Source: Prochlorococcus sp. AG-355-J09
GTDB lineage: Bacteria; Cyanobacteriota; Cyanobacteriia; PCC-6307; Cyanobiaceae
Assembly (NCBI GenBank): GCA_003278735.1
Contig: QCDO01000009.1
Coordinates: 1,060 to 65,059, forward strand
Direction: 5' to 3'
DNA length: 64,000 nt
In this document: positions 23,311 through 36,373 of the stretch, piece by piece
How the letters are laid out: the number at the start of each line of letters is the position of its first letter
How positions within the stretch are numbered: the stretch's first letter is position 1
The notes under the pieces: generated by a model
The model's database searches: none
What the model saw: the letters and a program-made list of their open reading frames with translations, nothing else
What the model was told of the DNA's origin: nothing
Position numbers and translations under genes: made by a program

Positions 23311-24472
23311 TCAAATCAGTACCTAATAATTCTGCCATAGCTTTCTGCTGAGGAGATGGCTCAGTCAAATCAGATCTTCTTGAATCTGCTATTAACCAAT
23401 CTAAAGATGCATCTTGCAAATCAAAATGATCTCCATTTTTCCCAACACAATATTTACCAAACACTAACTTATCCATAAGTCTTACACCTTTACCAATTTT
23501 AGAATAATCAAAAATAATTGAGTTATCTATAGTTGCTCCCTCGCAAATGCAACAACTTGGTCCAATCATGGAAGGGCCAATAATAGTTGCTCCATCCTCG
23601 ATCCGGGTCATGCCTCCTATGTAAACCGGCCCTGTAATATGAACTTTGTCCCAATTTGCAGCAACATTTAATCCTGTGAAAACTCCAGGTTTTATTTCCT
23701 TACCGGGTATTTGTACTTGTCTTACCTTGCCTTGCAATACATTTCTAATAGCACTCCAATAATCAGGAACTTTTCCAATATCTACCCATTCAAAATCCAT
23801 TGGTAATGCAAAAAATGGTAAATCCATTTCGACAAGTTTAGGGAAAAGATCAGCTCCAATATCAAATTTCTCTGCTGAAGGAATATAATTAAAAATTTCG
23901 GGTTCGAAAAGATAAATTCCTGTATTTATAGAGTCACTTAAAGCTTGATCAACTGTTGGCTTTTCCTGAAAAGCCTTTATTCTCCCATTTTCATCAGAAA
24001 CTACGACACCGTAACTTGATACTTGATCTTTAGTTACCTTCTTTGTTATTAAACTCGCAATAGCTCGTTTCTGCTTATGTTTTTTAACAGCCTGAGTTAA
24101 ATCTAAATCAACTAAAGCATCACCACATAAAACAACAAAGGTTTCATCAAAGAAATTTTGAAAATCCTGAATTTTTTTTAATCCTCCTGCAGATCCCAAA
24201 GCATCACCTATTAATTCTCCATCTTCAATTCTTCCCTCAAAACTATAAGCAATTTCTACTCCAAATCTTTGCCCATCCCTAAAATAATTTTCAATTTCTT
24301 CAGCCAGATGAGAAACATTTACCATTATTTCCTTAAAGTTATGTTCTCTTAAAAGTTCTAAGAGAAACTCCATAACAGGTTTTTGCAAAATCGGAATCAT
24401 CGGTTTCGGAATAACATGCGTAATAGGCTGAACACGTGTACCTTTACCTGCCGCAAGTATCATTGCCTTCAT
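23294..24472 (-). CDS. cugP: NDP-sugar pyrophosphorylase (cyanobacterial CugP-like)
   Basis: MKAMILAAGKGTR, PKPMIP, FQEKP, WVDIG, then a C-terminal hexapeptide beta-helix. Confidence 0.8.
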   Translation of the reverse strand: MKAMILAAGKGTRVQPITHVIPKPMIPILQKPVMEFLLELLREHNFKEIMVNVSHLAEEIENYFRDGQRFGVEIAYSFEGRIEDGELIGDALGSAGGLKKIQDFQNFFDETFVVLCGDALVDLDLTQAVKKHKQKRAIASLITKKVTKDQVSSYGVVVSDENGRIKAFQEKPTVDQALSDSINTGIYLFEPEIFNYIPSAEKFDIGADLFPKLVEMDLPFFALPMDFEWVDIGKVPDYWSAIRNVLQGKVRQVQIPGKEIKPGVFTGLNVAANWDKVHITGPVYIGGMTRIEDGATIIGPSMIGPSCCICEGATIDNSIIFDYSKIGKGVRLMDKLVFGKYCVGKNGDHFDLQDASLDWLIADSRRSDLTEPSPQQKAMAELLGTDLINIPD

Positions 24473-24520
24473 GGATTCAGAGCCTCTTTTTAAAGATTAT
24501 ACGTTATTACTAATAAGCTC

Positions 24521-25342
24521 CTAAACAGCAGAAGGATAAGTCTTGGATACCTCAAGATTCTCTATAGGCAATTGAGCTAAACCTCCCTCAGGAATTATTC
24601 TTTTAATTTGAATTGGGCCATATAGAGAGTTAATTTGTTTAATTTCAATTTTGTTTTCAGATGATAAAAATAACAAGGCCCAAAAAACCCCCAAACGATC
24701 TTTATCTAAATCATTTTTTACAACAGTTTGCCATTTCTCAACTAGATATTCAAAGTCTGTCCACTGTAATGCTTTTTCCCACCCATCAATGAATTTACCT
24801 AATGCTTTTGTCGTTTCTGGTAGTTTCTCACGATGCGCTAATGATTTCACTTGAGCAATTAAAACTTTATCTGAATATTTTTTATTTCTTTTTCTCTTCA
24901 TGAGCAGAAGATCTTGGGTTTCTAAAACTTCTGCTATGGACTCTAACTGACTTACAAGTTCTCCCAATGTTGTTGTACGTTTAAGAATTGGTTGTGCAAT
25001 TGATCTTCTCCTTAGATATTTTTCAGGATATTTTGGAATATCAAATTCTTTATCAATCCAATCTTGATCATCCAAATCAAATTCATCTTCAAAATCTGAA
25101 GAATTTTCTTTGAAAACATCAGATTCCAACACCTGAGCCTTAAGATTAACCAGTACGGAAGCCGCAAAAAATGCTTCGCTGGTCTCAGCTAAATCCTTCT
25201 GATATGAGATTTGACTATTTGAAGATTGATTAAAAGTATGTGAGTATTGCTCTAAAAAACTATCAATTACACTTATTACATCAATATCCCATGGATCAAG
25301 ATCACCTTTACCTGCGGCATCTTGAAGAAACTTAATCAACAA
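24521..25342 (-). CDS. scpA: Segregation and condensation protein A
   Basis: LDPWDIDV, ASVLVNLKA, VFWALLFL. The true start may lie upstream. Confidence 0.85.
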   Translation of the reverse strand: MLIKFLQDAAGKGDLDPWDIDVISVIDSFLEQYSHTFNQSSNSQISYQKDLAETSEAFFAASVLVNLKAQVLESDVFKENSSDFEDEFDLDDQDWIDKEFDIPKYPEKYLRRRSIAQPILKRTTTLGELVSQLESIAEVLETQDLLLMKRKRNKKYSDKVLIAQVKSLAHREKLPETTKALGKFIDGWEKALQWTDFEYLVEKWQTVVKNDLDKDRLGVFWALLFLSSENKIEIKQINSLYGPIQIKRIIPEGGLAQLPIENLEVSKTYPSAV

Positions 25343-25466
25343 TCTAGGCCCTAATTGTTGTTTATGAATAGGGTTGTAGTTAGATATTTTTAAAATAGGT
25401 AATAACTATTCATAAGATATACCCTTAATTATTTAATGCCAAACAATATTGCGTTAATTTTAAAAA

Positions 25467-27107
25467 TTATATAGTTGGAGCTTTTAGGATATCATTTGTT
25501 TTAGTCCCTGAAAAAATATTTGTTTTCACAGCACCTTTAACTGCAGTTAAATCTCGATCCACCAAATTATTGATTGATGCAATGTAACTTTCAGTAACTA
25601 ATCTAGGGTACAAACCTATTCCAATAATCGGTAAAAGTAAACAAGCAATAATATAAACTTCCCTTGGCTCTGCATCTATAAGTTTTCGTTCTTCGATTAA
25701 TTTAGGATTTTCTTTGCCAAAGAAAATTTCTCGTAACATTGAAAGTAGATAAATAGGAGTAAGTATTACACCGATAGCAGCTAAAGAGGCCATTACTACC
25801 CTAAAAGGAAGTGTATAAACTTCATCAGTAACAAATCCTGTAAATACCATCAATTCGGAAACAAATCCACTCATACCTGGCAAAGCAAGCGAAGCAAGAG
25901 AGCAAGCAGTCCATAGGGCAAACATGATTCTCATTTTTTGCCCTACACCACTCATTTCATCAAGTTTAAGAGTCTTTGTTCTGTCATAGGTGGCACCAAC
26001 AAGAAAAAATAAACTTGCACCGATTAATCCGTGACTAACCATTTGTAGCATTGCTCCGCTTGTTCCAAGGCTACTAAAACTCCCTATACCAATAAGAACA
26101 AAACCCATATGACTTATCGAACTGTATGCAATTTTTCTTTTAAGATTTCTTTGAGCAAAAGAAGTTAATGCAGCATAAATTATATTGACTACCCCTAGAA
26201 CTATTAATAATGGGGCAAATTGAGCATGAGCAACGGGTAATAATTGTGCATTAAATCTTAAAAGAGCATATCCTCCCATCTTTAATAAAATTCCTGCCAG
26301 AAGCATATGAACAGGAGCTGTAGCCTCTCCATGAGCATCTGGGAGCCAAGTATGAAGAGGTACGATTGGTAGTTTCACTCCAAATGCGATTAAAAGCCCT
26401 ATGTAACATAATATTTGGAATTTTTGACTAAAATCTTGAGCCGCCAAATGAGAAAACTCAAAGTTAGGAATTTCTGTACCATAGAAGCCCATTGCTAACG
26501 CTGCTAGAAGAATGAATATAGAACTGCCAGCTGTATAAATAATGAATTTTGTTGCTGCATATTGTCGATTTTTGCCACCCCATATAGCCAATAATAAATA
26601 AACGGGAATTAACTCAAGTTCCCAAGTTAGAAAGAATAAAAGCATATCTTGTACTGCAAACACAGCGATTTGACCGCCATCCATAACCAATATTAAAAAG
26701 AAAAATAACTTTGGTTTGAACTTCACTGGCCATGCAGCAAGAACTGCTAAAGCAGTTATAAAACTAGTCAATAATATTAACGGCATAGACATACCATCAG
26801 CGCCAACAGACCAAGTAAGACCTAAATCAGGGAGCCAACTAATATTTTCTTTCAGTTGAACATTTTCATTACTAATATCAAAGCCATTTATATATGAACC
26901 TACAGTTATTAAAAAAGTTATTAATGCAATAGACAATGCAAACCATCTCACCTCTTTACCATCCCCTTTATCTGGGAAAAAAGGTATAACAAATGCACTA
27001 ACAATTGGGAATAAAATTGAAGCAGATAACCAAGGAAAATTAGACAACCCGGCTCCCAAAGTTCCTAAAATTAGTGTCGCAAAATGTGGATAAAAATAAG
27101 TACTCAA
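25467..27107 (-). CDS. ndhD: NDH-1 subunit D (NdhD1 type)
   Basis: [23 protein letters not shown]. Start uncertain (alternative TTG at 27059). Confidence 0.95.
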   Translation of the reverse strand: MSTYFYPHFATLILGTLGAGLSNFPWLSASILFPIVSAFVIPFFPDKGDGKEVRWFALSIALITFLITVGSYINGFDISNENVQLKENISWLPDLGLTWSVGADGMSMPLILLTSFITALAVLAAWPVKFKPKLFFFLILVMDGGQIAVFAVQDMLLFFLTWELELIPVYLLLAIWGGKNRQYAATKFIIYTAGSSIFILLAALAMGFYGTEIPNFEFSHLAAQDFSQKFQILCYIGLLIAFGVKLPIVPLHTWLPDAHGEATAPVHMLLAGILLKMGGYALLRFNAQLLPVAHAQFAPLLIVLGVVNIIYAALTSFAQRNLKRKIAYSSISHMGFVLIGIGSFSSLGTSGAMLQMVSHGLIGASLFFLVGATYDRTKTLKLDEMSGVGQKMRIMFALWTACSLASLALPGMSGFVSELMVFTGFVTDEVYTLPFRVVMASLAAIGVILTPIYLLSMLREIFFGKENPKLIEERKLIDAEPREVYIIACLLLPIIGIGLYPRLVTESYIASINNLVDRDLTAVKGAVKTNIFSGTKTNDILKAPTI

Positions 27108-27192
27108 TTTAATAAGAAATTTATCTTAAATAAAGTCTAGAAATTTTCTGTATTTTTTCACCCCAATGGACAGTGAAGACACACAATTGTAA

Positions 27193-29214
27193 TTAAGATA
27201 CTTGAGGAGATTGAAAACCAAATATAGCAACAAGTAAAATTACACCTCCAAAAACAATAAGCGCATAAAATTGAGCCCTACCAGTCTCAAAATATTTTAA
27301 ACCTTCTCCACTACCTAAAGTTACAAGTCCAGTAAGATTTACGACGCCATCAACAACCTTAGAATCAACCTCTAAAACTTCTTTAGCAAGTTTTCTACTA
27401 CCCTTAACAAAAAGTTTTTCATTAATATCATCTAGATACCATTTATTGGATAAAAATCGGTTAATGGTAGGAAACTTTTGGGCAAATAAAACTGATAAAT
27501 TAATTTTTTTCACAAAATATGCCTGATAAGCAATAATGATTCCAGCTGATGCAATAAGTACTGACGCAAGTGCTAAAGGCAAAAATTCTTTTAATTCGAA
27601 GGCTTGTGCAGCAGTTTCTGCTTCTTCAGGATCCAGTAAATTTGCAATTTTGCTATCCCATGGAAGGCCCATAAAACCGATAATTACAGACGGTACAGCT
27701 AGAAATACCAATGGAAATGTCATTGACCAGGGTGACTCATGAATAGAGCCATGTTCTTCATGCTCTTCTTCATTTTCTTCATCTAGGTTTGTTTTAGAGG
27801 CTATTAGAAGCTCTTTTTGCAATTCTTTATTCTCCCCTCTGAAATCTCCTTCAAATGTCAAGAAATAAAGCCTAAACATATAAAAAGCAGTCATACCAGC
27901 TGTTAGAAGTCCTACGAACCAAAAAGCTGGAAATGATATAAAAGCATTTCCGAGTATCTCGTCTTTACTCCAAAAACCAGCCAATGGGGGGATTCCACTA
28001 ATTGCTACACAACCTATTAAAAATGTTGTTGATGTATATGGCATTTTTTTTCTTAAACCGCCCATCAATCTCATATCTTGAGCTAATACAGGCTGATGAC
28101 CAACTACTTCTTCCATAGCATGTATTACTGAACCAGATCCCAAAAATAGCATTGCTTTAAAGCATGCATGAGTCACTAAATGAAAAATTCCTGCTATTGG
28201 TGCTCCACAACCCATGGCGAGCATCATATACCCAAGCTGAGAAACTGTGCTATACGCTAAACCTTTTTTTAAATCCATTTGGGTCAAAGCTATAGAGGCT
28301 CCTAAAAAACAAGTAATGGTGCCAACAAAAGCAATAATGAACTGAATAGAGGGGAATATTGAATACAAAGGTTGCAGTCTTGCTACAAGAAATATTCCTG
28401 CTGCAACCATTGTTGCAGCATGGATAAGTGCAGAAATAGGTGTTGGGCCTTCCATCGCATCAGGTAACCACACATGAAGAGGAAACTGAGCAGATTTAGC
28501 CATGGGCCCTAAAAAAACTAAAAAACAAAGTAATAAAGCAGCCCAAATGGGTATCGAATTGTCAGATATTGATTGAGAAATTCCAGTAGCTATTTCATTA
28601 AAATCAAAACTATTTGTTGCCCAAAATAGGCCAAGAATTCCCAGTAATAAACCAAAATCTCCCACTCTATTAACAACAAATGCTTTTTGTGCAGCGTGTG
28701 CAGCGCCATCCCTGTCATACCAAAAACCAACCAATAAATAAGAACACATCCCAACTAATTCCCAAAAAACGTAAATTTCTAATAAATTCGGACTAACTAT
28801 TAATCCCATCATTGAACTACTAAATAATGCTAAATATGTAAAAAATCTGACATAACCTTTGTCATGCGCCATATAACCATGAGAGTAAATCATTACAAGC
28901 AAAGTTATTGTAGTTACTAACGCAAGCATTACACTCCCCAAAGGATCAAGGACAAATCCCATTGGAATTGTGAAATCTCCAGCATTGGCCCATACAAATA
29001 ACTTTTCTACTGATTGATAACCATTAACTTGTTCAATTAAAGCTTTATAGCTGATTACCGCAGAAATTCCAACGAAAGAAATCAGACCTACAGAAACAAT
29101 TTCTCTTGAATTATTAATTTTCTTATTAATGCTTATTAGTCCTAAGCCAGAAAGCACTGCTCCAATAAGTGGGAAAACGGGAATTAACCATGCAATTTCT
29201 GAAGCTTGTGGCAT
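27193..29214 (-). CDS. ndhF: NDH-1 subunit F (NdhF1 type)
   Basis: KSAQFPLHVWLPDAMEGPTPISALIHAATMV. Confidence 0.97.
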   Translation of the reverse strand: MPQASEIAWLIPVFPLIGAVLSGLGLISINKKINNSREIVSVGLISFVGISAVISYKALIEQVNGYQSVEKLFVWANAGDFTIPMGFVLDPLGSVMLALVTTITLLVMIYSHGYMAHDKGYVRFFTYLALFSSSMMGLIVSPNLLEIYVFWELVGMCSYLLVGFWYDRDGAAHAAQKAFVVNRVGDFGLLLGILGLFWATNSFDFNEIATGISQSISDNSIPIWAALLLCFLVFLGPMAKSAQFPLHVWLPDAMEGPTPISALIHAATMVAAGIFLVARLQPLYSIFPSIQFIIAFVGTITCFLGASIALTQMDLKKGLAYSTVSQLGYMMLAMGCGAPIAGIFHLVTHACFKAMLFLGSGSVIHAMEEVVGHQPVLAQDMRLMGGLRKKMPYTSTTFLIGCVAISGIPPLAGFWSKDEILGNAFISFPAFWFVGLLTAGMTAFYMFRLYFLTFEGDFRGENKELQKELLIASKTNLDEENEEEHEEHGSIHESPWSMTFPLVFLAVPSVIIGFMGLPWDSKIANLLDPEEAETAAQAFELKEFLPLALASVLIASAGIIIAYQAYFVKKINLSVLFAQKFPTINRFLSNKWYLDDINEKLFVKGSRKLAKEVLEVDSKVVDGVVNLTGLVTLGSGEGLKYFETGRAQFYALIVFGGVILLVAIFGFQSPQVS

Positions 29215-29247
29215 TTTTATAAGAACTTATGTTTTGATTTTAAACTG

Positions 29248-29976
29248 TCAATTGAAAAATTCAGACAAAAATGATGAATTAAATGTTTTAACAGCAATAT
29301 TTATGTATTTATGAGACCACCAAATTACTCCTATTGCAATTAATATGCCAAATTGAGATAACCTAAAAAATTCTTTAATCTTAAATTCTTGCCTCCCCTC
29401 AAGTATTGCCATAAAGGGGATTATTGAAGTATTTTTTTTAAAATTTTCAAATTCTTCTCCAAATCTATTTGCTAATCTCTTATCGCCATGCCAGATTGCA
29501 AAAAGATGATGCAAAACTAAGCCAATAGAAGTTATTAATGTGAATGATGTACCAATCCATAAAGTATGAGCAAAACACCAAATTATCTGTCCAAATGCTT
29601 GTGGATGTCTTGTGATTCGCATTATCCCAGTTCCATAGATTCGTACTTTAGGTTTTAAAACCGAAGGAATTTCTAGCAAATTGTAAGTAGCGGGATATAA
29701 AAATAAAAAACTTATTGCAGTTAATAACCAAACGACTATAAAAACAAAATTATTGCCCTGTAAATTCCATAATCTGATTCCATCATATCTATGAGCCAAA
29801 AAATAACTAATCAAGATAATTGCAGATGGCAAACTAAAGAAAACAAAACATAACCTCCATAATCTTGGACCCATAATTGATTCGGCTTTAATTCTTAAGG
29901 CCGCTCCTCCACTATGAATAACTGCAAAAATCAAAATCAAAAGGAAGATAATTAGGGAAGTTTTATGAGTCTCCAT
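29248..29976 (-). CDS. NnrU-family membrane protein, probable zeta-carotene isomerase (Z-ISO)
   Basis: HSGGAALR, GIMRITRHPQ, WHGDKRL, TSIIPF. Confidence 0.8.
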   Translation of the reverse strand: METHKTSLIIFLLILIFAVIHSGGAALRIKAESIMGPRLWRLCFVFFSLPSAIILISYFLAHRYDGIRLWNLQGNNFVFIVVWLLTAISFLFLYPATYNLLEIPSVLKPKVRIYGTGIMRITRHPQAFGQIIWCFAHTLWIGTSFTLITSIGLVLHHLFAIWHGDKRLANRFGEEFENFKKNTSIIPFMAILEGRQEFKIKEFFRLSQFGILIAIGVIWWSHKYINIAVKTFNSSFLSEFFN

Positions 29977-30059
29977 ATATTAAGATTGTTCAAATAATTT
30001 TTGTTCTTAACAAGTATGCTCTTAAGCATTAGAATTATAGGAAATTGTAGGCATAATAG

Positions 30060-31004
30060 ATGCCAGAATTACCATTTACACTCGACCAATTAAGAATATT
30101 AAAAGCTATAGCAGCTCAAGGAAGTTTTAAAAAAGCTGCGGATCTCTTATATGTGACCCAACCTGCCGTGAGTTTACAAATACAAAATTTAGAAAAACAA
30201 CTTGAAATTACAATTTTCGACAGGGGTGGTAGAAAGGCTCTATTGACTGAAGCAGGGAGACTATTACTTGAATATTGTGAACGAATTTTGAATCAATGCG
30301 ACGAAGCTTGCAAAGCTATTGAAGATTTAAATAGCTTAAAAGGTGGAACTCTTGTTATTGGAGCGAGTCAAACAACTGGTACCTATTTAATGCCGAGAAT
30401 GATAGGACTATTCAGACAAAAATATCCTGATGTATCTGTTCAACTTCAAGTCCATAGTACTAGAAGAACTGGTTGGAGTGTTGCCAATGGACAAATTGAC
30501 TTAGCCATTATTGGCGGTCAATTACCTGGAGATTTGGAAAATTTGCTACAAGTAATTCCATATGCCACTGATGAATTGGCATTAGTTTTACCATCTAAAC
30601 ACCCACTTTCGAACAAAAAAGAGCTTCTAAAAGAAGACTTATACAAATTAAATTTCGTAACGTTAGACTCACAATCTACAACCAGAAAAGTTGTTGACAA
30701 ACTTCTCCAAGATTCTGGGCTTGATATTCAAAGATTAAAAATTGAGATGGAACTTAACTCTCTAGAAGCAATCAAGAATGCAGTGCAATCAGGTTTAGGA
30801 GCATCCTTTTTGCCTGTTGTTTCTATTGAAAGAGAATTATCGGCTGGAACAATCCACAAAGCATTTGTTGCTGATTTAGAAGTTAAAAGAGAACTTAAAT
30901 TAATTACTAATCCGTCAAGATATACATCAAGAGCATCAGAAGTATTTAAGAAGAACATTCTTCCACAATTTGCTAGTTTAGAAAGCCCTTTGAGGCATAT
31001 ATAA
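30060..31004 (+). CDS. rbcR: LysR-family regulator (RbcR/Ycf30)
   Basis: [40 protein letters not shown]. Confidence 0.88.
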   Translation: MPELPFTLDQLRILKAIAAQGSFKKAADLLYVTQPAVSLQIQNLEKQLEITIFDRGGRKALLTEAGRLLLEYCERILNQCDEACKAIEDLNSLKGGTLVIGASQTTGTYLMPRMIGLFRQKYPDVSVQLQVHSTRRTGWSVANGQIDLAIIGGQLPGDLENLLQVIPYATDELALVLPSKHPLSNKKELLKEDLYKLNFVTLDSQSTTRKVVDKLLQDSGLDIQRLKIEMELNSLEAIKNAVQSGLGASFLPVVSIERELSAGTIHKAFVADLEVKRELKLITNPSRYTSRASEVFKKNILPQFASLESPLRHI

Positions 31005-31625
31005 TTAAAACTGAATTGCTTCTTTGTTAATACCTACTCCTCCGTCTTCGGCTTGTCCATCGCCTTTTATTATAAATTTATTTTCATTTACATCAGTCTG
31101 ATAAACGCACTTAACTATTGGCTTATCTCTTATGGAGCCAATATAAGCAAAAGTATTCATCCTTTGCTTACATTCTCTTACATCTTCATTACTAATTGCG
31201 CCCTGTTTTTGTAAAACTGTCCAATTCTCTCTTCTTATAACACATCCTGGCTGAAGAGCTGGTTGCGTTACAAAGCTCGTAGATGGATTTAGAGTCGTAT
31301 ACATTTCAACATCAATTACAAAAGCACTAGCTCCCCATTGTCTGCAAAATTCAGGGTCTGGAACAGCCATATCTAGTTGTTGTTGACTTGCTATATTTCC
31401 CTGACCGCCATCTGTTGTGCTGGTAATAGCGCTCCCAATACCAACTCCTAAAATTAGTACTCCAGCAAGTACGGCAATGGTTCCTGTACTAAAGTTGATC
31501 TTTTGTTCAGAAGAAGAAGGCAATCTATTATTTCTTTGACCATACGAATCCATATCCCTTGTTTTTGGATAATAACTTCTATTTGGGCCTCGCCTTGGCC
31601 TTCTATTTGAGGATGATCTATTCAC
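31005..31625 (-). CDS. Conserved cyanobacterial protein (DUF3172-like)
   Basis: Single TM segment, [26 protein letters not shown]. Confidence 0.75.
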   Translation of the reverse strand: MNRSSSNRRPRRGPNRSYYPKTRDMDSYGQRNNRLPSSSEQKINFSTGTIAVLAGVLILGVGIGSAITSTTDGGQGNIASQQQLDMAVPDPEFCRQWGASAFVIDVEMYTTLNPSTSFVTQPALQPGCVIRRENWTVLQKQGAISNEDVRECKQRMNTFAYIGSIRDKPIVKCVYQTDVNENKFIIKGDGQAEDGGVGINKEAIQF

Positions 31626-31969
31626 AGCACTTCATTTGTCTTTGGTAAACCCATTGAATAATTCATTACTCTACAATCAGGGTTATAACTTAACTGACCA
31701 TTTTGAAGCAAATATTTTATTAAACCTTCAATTTCTGATCCTATTTTTCGAAGTTCATAATCATCTAAATCCTTTCCTGCTCTATCTTTTATTAATTCAT
31801 TGAATTTTTCATTTATTTTGTCTAGAGAATCTTTGCTCCAAATAAATTCATTATCTGGATCTAAATCAAGAGTTAATTTGTTGGGATGAAACTTTAATTC
31901 TTCATCTACCACTTCGGCAGTAAAAATTCTTACATGTCTAGTAGTCGATTTTAAAAGCATTTTTTCCAT
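31622..31969 (-). CDS. ndhM: NDH-1 subunit M
   Basis: [32 protein letters not shown]. Confidence 0.95.
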   Translation of the reverse strand: MEKMLLKSTTRHVRIFTAEVVDEELKFHPNKLTLDLDPDNEFIWSKDSLDKINEKFNELIKDRAGKDLDDYELRKIGSEIEGLIKYLLQNGQLSYNPDCRVMNYSMGLPKTNEVL

Positions 31970-32017
31970 AATTTTACGAAATAATCAACGAAAAAAACTA
32001 TTATGTTCTAACTTTAA

Positions 32018-33460
<1,443 letters not shown>

Positions 33461-33493
33461 CGTTTACAAACCCTTGAATTTAGCTAAAACTTT

Positions 33494-34402
33494 TTGAAAA
33501 ATTCAATTTCTCAACTAGATCAAGCATACGAGGTATGCCGGAAAGAAACTCAACAATGGGCTAAAACCTTTTACTTGGGAACTCTCTTATTACCTCAAGA
33601 AAAGAGAAGAGCTATTTGGGCTATCTATGTATGGTGTAGAAGAACAGATGAAATAATGGATAGCGCAGAAGCCTCAACTAAATCGCAAGATGAACTTTCA
33701 GATAATCTAGATGCATGGGAAGAAAATACTAAAAATGTATTTAAAGGAAACATTAAGTCTGAATTAGACTCAGTTCTATTAGATACGATCGAGAGATATC
33801 CACAAAGTATTCAACCTTATCTTGATATGATAGATGGTCAGAGAATGGATCTGAATAAATTTAGATACAAAGATTTTGATGAATTAAAACTCTATTGTTA
33901 TAGAGTCGCAGGGACTGTTGGTTTAATGACTCAAAATGTAATGGGAATTGATAGCGCTTATACATCAGCGCCATGGAGTGCTATGCCTGACCCCTCTGAA
34001 GCAGCTATAGCTCTTGGAATTGCAAATCAATTAACAAATATCTTGAGGGATGTAGGAGAAGATAGACAGAGAGGAAGAATTTATCTCCCACAAGCGGATA
34101 TTGAAAAATTTAATTACTCTGAAGAAGAACTTTTAAAAGGAAAAATAAACAAGCAGTGGAAAGCACTGATGAACTTTGAATTAACAAGGGCTCGCGAATG
34201 GTTCCAAAAGTCTGAGGATGGTATTAAGTGGCTATCTTCTGACGCAAGATGGCCGGTATGGACGTCTTTACGACTTTATAGAGGAATATTAGATTCTATT
34301 GAAAGATTAGACTATGATGTCTTTAATAATAGGGCTTTTGTAAAAAATTCAGTAAAAGCTCTTGAGATTCCAATATCTTTTTTAATTTCTCGAATTAAGT
34401 AA
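33494..34402 (+). CDS. crtB: Phytoene synthase
   Basis: AKTFYLGT, WCRRTDE, YCYRVAGTVG, NQLTNILRDVGED. Confidence 0.97.
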   Translation: MKNSISQLDQAYEVCRKETQQWAKTFYLGTLLLPQEKRRAIWAIYVWCRRTDEIMDSAEASTKSQDELSDNLDAWEENTKNVFKGNIKSELDSVLLDTIERYPQSIQPYLDMIDGQRMDLNKFRYKDFDELKLYCYRVAGTVGLMTQNVMGIDSAYTSAPWSAMPDPSEAAIALGIANQLTNILRDVGEDRQRGRIYLPQADIEKFNYSEEELLKGKINKQWKALMNFELTRAREWFQKSEDGIKWLSSDARWPVWTSLRLYRGILDSIERLDYDVFNNRAFVKNSVKALEIPISFLISRIK

Positions 34403-34822
34403 CTAGGCAGGCGTCTTCTGATTCGCCAACAAATCTTTCAATTTAGATAATTCTCCAGCCCATCTTGGATCAGGAGCTTCGAGGTTAGGAGCATCACTAT
34501 GAACAATTTTCTTAAAGTCTTTCTTCTTCTTGTTTTTGTTTAATTTTCCACCATTTCTTTTGTTTAAAGAAGAATCTTTCTTTTCTGATAGCTCTACTCT
34601 TAATTTAGAACCATTAAATTCAAAACCATTTAAATTTTGAATTAATAAATTAGCGTTATCTTCATTATTAGCTGTAGCGAAACCAAACCCCCTGCATTCC
34701 TTAGTTTCTTTATCTAGAACTGCTTTAAATCTAATAGAATCAGAAACTGATTTTAAAAGTTTATCAAATTCCTTTGAATTAAATCCTTGTGGTAAGTTGC
34801 CAATGTAAATGCGAATACTCAT
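34403..34822 (-). CDS. RRM RNA-binding protein (Rbp3-like)
   Basis: RNP2 IYIGNL, RNP1 RGFGFA, C-terminal PDPRWA. Confidence 0.9.
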   Translation of the reverse strand: MSIRIYIGNLPQGFNSKEFDKLLKSVSDSIRFKAVLDKETKECRGFGFATANNEDNANLLIQNLNGFEFNGSKLRVELSEKKDSSLNKRNGGKLNKNKKKKDFKKIVHSDAPNLEAPDPRWAGELSKLKDLLANQKTPA

Positions 34823-34880
34823 AAATTTTTAAAAATGATTTTGAAGTCTGAACTTCTAAACAAAACTAAGCTATGTGTAT

Positions 34881-36098
34881 TTAATCACATTTTGGCGCAT
34901 TTTGTTCAATCCATAGCTTTGCTTTATAAATAGCTTCATCAAAATTATTCAATCTCTTATACGCAAGTTCCTTAGAAAGATAATGTAAAAGCTCTCCTAA
35001 TAGAGGACCATCTTTTATTTGAAATTTTTTTTTGATTACATCACCATTAAGTAAGTTTGAAGGATGAAATAATTTATCGTCACTGTCACGCCATCTACGA
35101 AGCCAATCTAATCGTAAATTTTCAGGTAAAAAGAAAATAAAAGATGGAAGAAACATCTCTAATTCTTTATGTAACGCAAATCTATCTGATTCAGTTAATC
35201 GAGTGATATTTTTTTTCTCCAAGAAAAAGTGCCATTTTCGCAATAACTTAGTTTTTGTAATATCAGATTTACTAAATTTCAGTTTCTCTAAAGATAAAAC
35301 ATCTAAAATTTGAGCAATAAAAAATGAAGGTAAAAATTTTTCTTTTTCTTCCTGATTAAGTTCTGCGTAATTAATTTTCTCTAAATCCAAAAAAAAAGAA
35401 TCTTTAGATAAATTATCAGTACCAAATATATTTAATTTTTTTATCGGCAATACTGCATCAAGAGCATTGGCTCCATGGACTATTTTCTGGATTTCATAAT
35501 TAATCCTCTCTTTAGCAACGAGGTATAGTTTCCCTTTATTTTTTGTTATAAAATCAACCAATTTTAAATCGATTTTAAAATTCAATTCTGAAACAAATCG
35601 AAAACATCTTAATATTCGTAAAGGATCATTTAATAAATTTTTTTCAGAATGAGTTCTAAGTAAAGAATCCTCAAGATCCTTAAGACCATTTAATGGATCA
35701 ACCAAACACTTCTTATCAATTAAAAAAGCAATTGAATTAATCGAAAAGTCCCTAGAACATAAATCTCCCTCTATCGTAGATGAAACCTGATTTGCAATAT
35801 CAATATAAATATGATTAATAATAATTCTTACTACTTCTCTTTTTTCATCCAAAATTATAAATTTTGATCCAATATTATCTGCAATCTTTTTCCCAATTTC
35901 AATTGCATTTAAAGGTACAACAATATCAAAATCTACCTTTTCAGTTACTCTTTTCAAAATAATATCTCTTATGTAACCACCAACCAGATATGATCCCTTA
36001 GGTAAAAAACCTAATATTGAATCCAAATTATGAAATCTTATACTTGTTTCTAATTCATCAATTATTAATGTATGATCTGAGAGGATGTTACTTTTCAT
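34881..36098 (-). CDS. Class II tRNA nucleotidyltransferase (probably CC-adding)
   Basis: VGGYIRD..DFD, RDFSINS, DPLNGLKDL, DPLRILR, ERI motifs. Confidence 0.87.
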   Translation of the reverse strand: MKSNILSDHTLIIDELETSIRFHNLDSILGFLPKGSYLVGGYIRDIILKRVTEKVDFDIVVPLNAIEIGKKIADNIGSKFIILDEKREVVRIIINHIYIDIANQVSSTIEGDLCSRDFSINSIAFLIDKKCLVDPLNGLKDLEDSLLRTHSEKNLLNDPLRILRCFRFVSELNFKIDLKLVDFITKNKGKLYLVAKERINYEIQKIVHGANALDAVLPIKKLNIFGTDNLSKDSFFLDLEKINYAELNQEEKEKFLPSFFIAQILDVLSLEKLKFSKSDITKTKLLRKWHFFLEKKNITRLTESDRFALHKELEMFLPSFIFFLPENLRLDWLRRWRDSDDKLFHPSNLLNGDVIKKKFQIKDGPLLGELLHYLSKELAYKRLNNFDEAIYKAKLWIEQNAPKCD

Positions 36099-36112
36099 TT
36101 TATTTATTAATT

Positions 36113-36364
36113 ATGTGCATTTGCATCAACTGTAAATGGGTTGATAGATGTATCACATATCATGATGTTGAGAATAATCATGGTATTGATCATATTTGTG
36201 ATCTACCTGATTTTAAAGCAAAAAAACCATTCATTCATGTCAACATAGTTAAAGACACTAATGGTGATTATAAAACTGATTGGGATGTTCAATCTTGTGC
36301 AAGTTTTGAAAATGAATTTGGTAAATGGTCTAAGTTGAATCCAGGTATGGAATTACCTGTTTAA
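36113..36364 (+). CDS. ycf34: Ycf34 family Fe-S protein
   Basis: MCICINCKWVDRC..YH and WDVQSC..F. Start corrected to ATG 36113. Confidence 0.9.
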   Translation: MCICINCKWVDRCITYHDVENNHGIDHICDLPDFKAKKPFIHVNIVKDTNGDYKTDWDVQSCASFENEFGKWSKLNPGMELPV

Positions 36365-36373
36365 AGGTAATAG

